A stretch of DNA of 37,102 nt, taken from positions 1-37,102 of the forward strand of contig JAUCBJ010002113.1 of NCBI GenBank assembly GCA_032718475.1, written 5' to 3'. Source of the stretch: Nemertoderma westbladi (taxonomy: Eukaryota > Animalia > Xenacoelomorpha). Position numbers and translations under genes: made by a program. Below the pieces are notes generated by a model. The model ran no database searches. It saw nothing but the letters and a program-made list of their open reading frames with translations, and was not told where the DNA came from. This document shows positions 35,851-37,102 of this stretch, piece by piece. The first letter of the stretch is position 1. Each line of letters starts with the position of its first letter.

Positions 35851-36756
35851 AACTAAGCCTCGCGCTGCGCGAAGGCCCCACGAACGTAATTAATTTCTGG
35901 AAGTTTCAATTTCCCTGTACAGTACAGTAGCTTGTACGGCGAGATTCCAAAATTAATTAATGATCGACCAAAAAATAATTAATGGTCGACCAAAAATTAA
36001 TTTATCGTCGACCAAAAATTATTAACTTATGGTCGACTATAAATTAATTTCTGGAAGTTTGAATTTCCCGGTAGCTTGTACGGCGAGATTCCAAAATTAA
36101 TTAATGGTCGACCAAAAAATAATTAATGGTCGACCAAAAATTAATTTATGGTCGACCAAAAATTATTAACTTATGGTCGACTATAAATTAATTTCTGGAA
36201 GTTTGAATTTCCCGGTAGCTTGTACGGCGAGATTCCAAAATTAATTAATGGTCGACCAAAAAATAATTAATGGTCGACCAAAAATTAATTTATGGTCGAC
36301 CAAAAATTAATTTATTTTCGACCAAAAATTATTAACTTATGGTCGACCATAAATTAATTTCTGGAGGTTTGAATTTCCCGGTAGCTTGTACGGCGAGATT
36401 TGGACAGGCCATTAATTAGTTAATGTAATTACATTCAATTAATTACATTCAAATAAACGTGCAATTGGATGGTTTCCAACTACACTTAACCAATGAATGG
36501 ACGGTCAAAATCTCGACCTACAAGTTACCCGGAAATTCAAACTACCAGGAATTAATTTATGGTCGACCATCAATTAATAATTTTTAGTCGACCATAAATT
36601 AATTTTTGGTCGACCATAAATTATGACGTCATGGAGAACTTCTGAAAAAAAAGTAAAAAAAAAATTAATTAATTTGCAAAGATCAGCCATCGTAGATAAG
36701 GACAACGACTGCGACAATAATCTATTTGCCAAAATCGAATGAAGTTTAGGCTAAAA
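35851..36756 (-). mobile_element. Helitron/Helentron-like non-autonomous element with internal tandem and inverted repeats
   Basis: GC hairpin GCCTCGCGCTGCGCGAAGGC (35856-35875) lies next to an AACTA end. The other end reads TTTTAGCC...GGCAAA on the minus strand. Internal 144-166-bp repeats. Confidence 0.45.
35888..36623. repeat. Nested tandem repeat (about 22-bp GGTCGACC subunits within 144-166-bp units, about 3.3 copies) plus an inverted partial copy
   Basis: AATTTCTGGA recurs with CTGG at 35897, 36051, 36195 and 36361. An inverted copy TACAAGTTACCCGGAAATTCAAACTACCAGGAATTAATT... lies at about 36519-36623. Confidence 0.9.
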
Positions 36757-36915
36757 GACTGTGACTTAGTCAACAAGAACGGATAAAAGTGGTACCGGTA
36801 GGCTGTTTAACTATCTATCTTCATTTTCAACAAGACACTGTAAATCAGTTATATTACTTTATTATATCTAAGCAGGTAGGTAGTGCAGTACCCAGTAATA
36901 TTATACAATATATGT

Positions 36916-37102
36916 AGTAAAGTAAAGTAAATTTTTCTTCGGCCGCTAAGCCAGGGATTACGCACAAAGTCTGACGGCTTATTTTCCAGTGCGGTCCCCC
37001 CAGAACTTTACTCCCCAGAGGAAACTCCAGTACTCATTAAGCTACCACTTAAGGATGCAAGGCAGATATGCGCCCTGGCTGGTCCCTTTTAAAGCATTCG
37101 TG
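36916..37102 (-). mobile_element. Possible 3' end of a SINE/LINE running off the window
   Basis: A (GTAAA)3 tract, i.e. a (TTTAC)n tail on the minus strand, at about 36916-36930 is abruptly followed by GC-richer sequence. Confidence 0.3.

Overview
Eukaryotic, AT-rich, repeat-dense genomic DNA, probably from an invertebrate bilaterian (inferred from a CORE-type SINE and a metazoan-type golgin). It is not prokaryotic and has no CRISPR array. The one confident gene is an uninterrupted 11.7-kb minus-strand ORF (17078-28753, 3891 aa) encoding a GMAP-210/TRIP11 golgin about twice the human length, with a recently expanded 35-aa (five-heptad) coiled-coil repeat. Around it are: a non-autonomous piggyBac (415-2124); a decayed intronless orphan gene of about 506 codons (3239-4759); a TA-flanked mariner/pogo-type MITE filled with a G-rich TIR-derived array (6339-7600); a 7.5-kb 50-bp satellite carrying two identical tRNA-derived SINE copies; a 2.8-kb long-TIR element with a 5-bp target-site duplication just upstream of the golgin start (29537-32346); and several Helentron/HINE-like elements, two carrying CTCF-like motifs. 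Nearly all other ORFs in the track are repeat or antisense artefacts. No clearly new multi-gene system is supported. The best novelty candidates are the giant single-ORF golgin, the orphan pseudogene and the 5-bp-TSD element. All calls were made by eye, without database searches.
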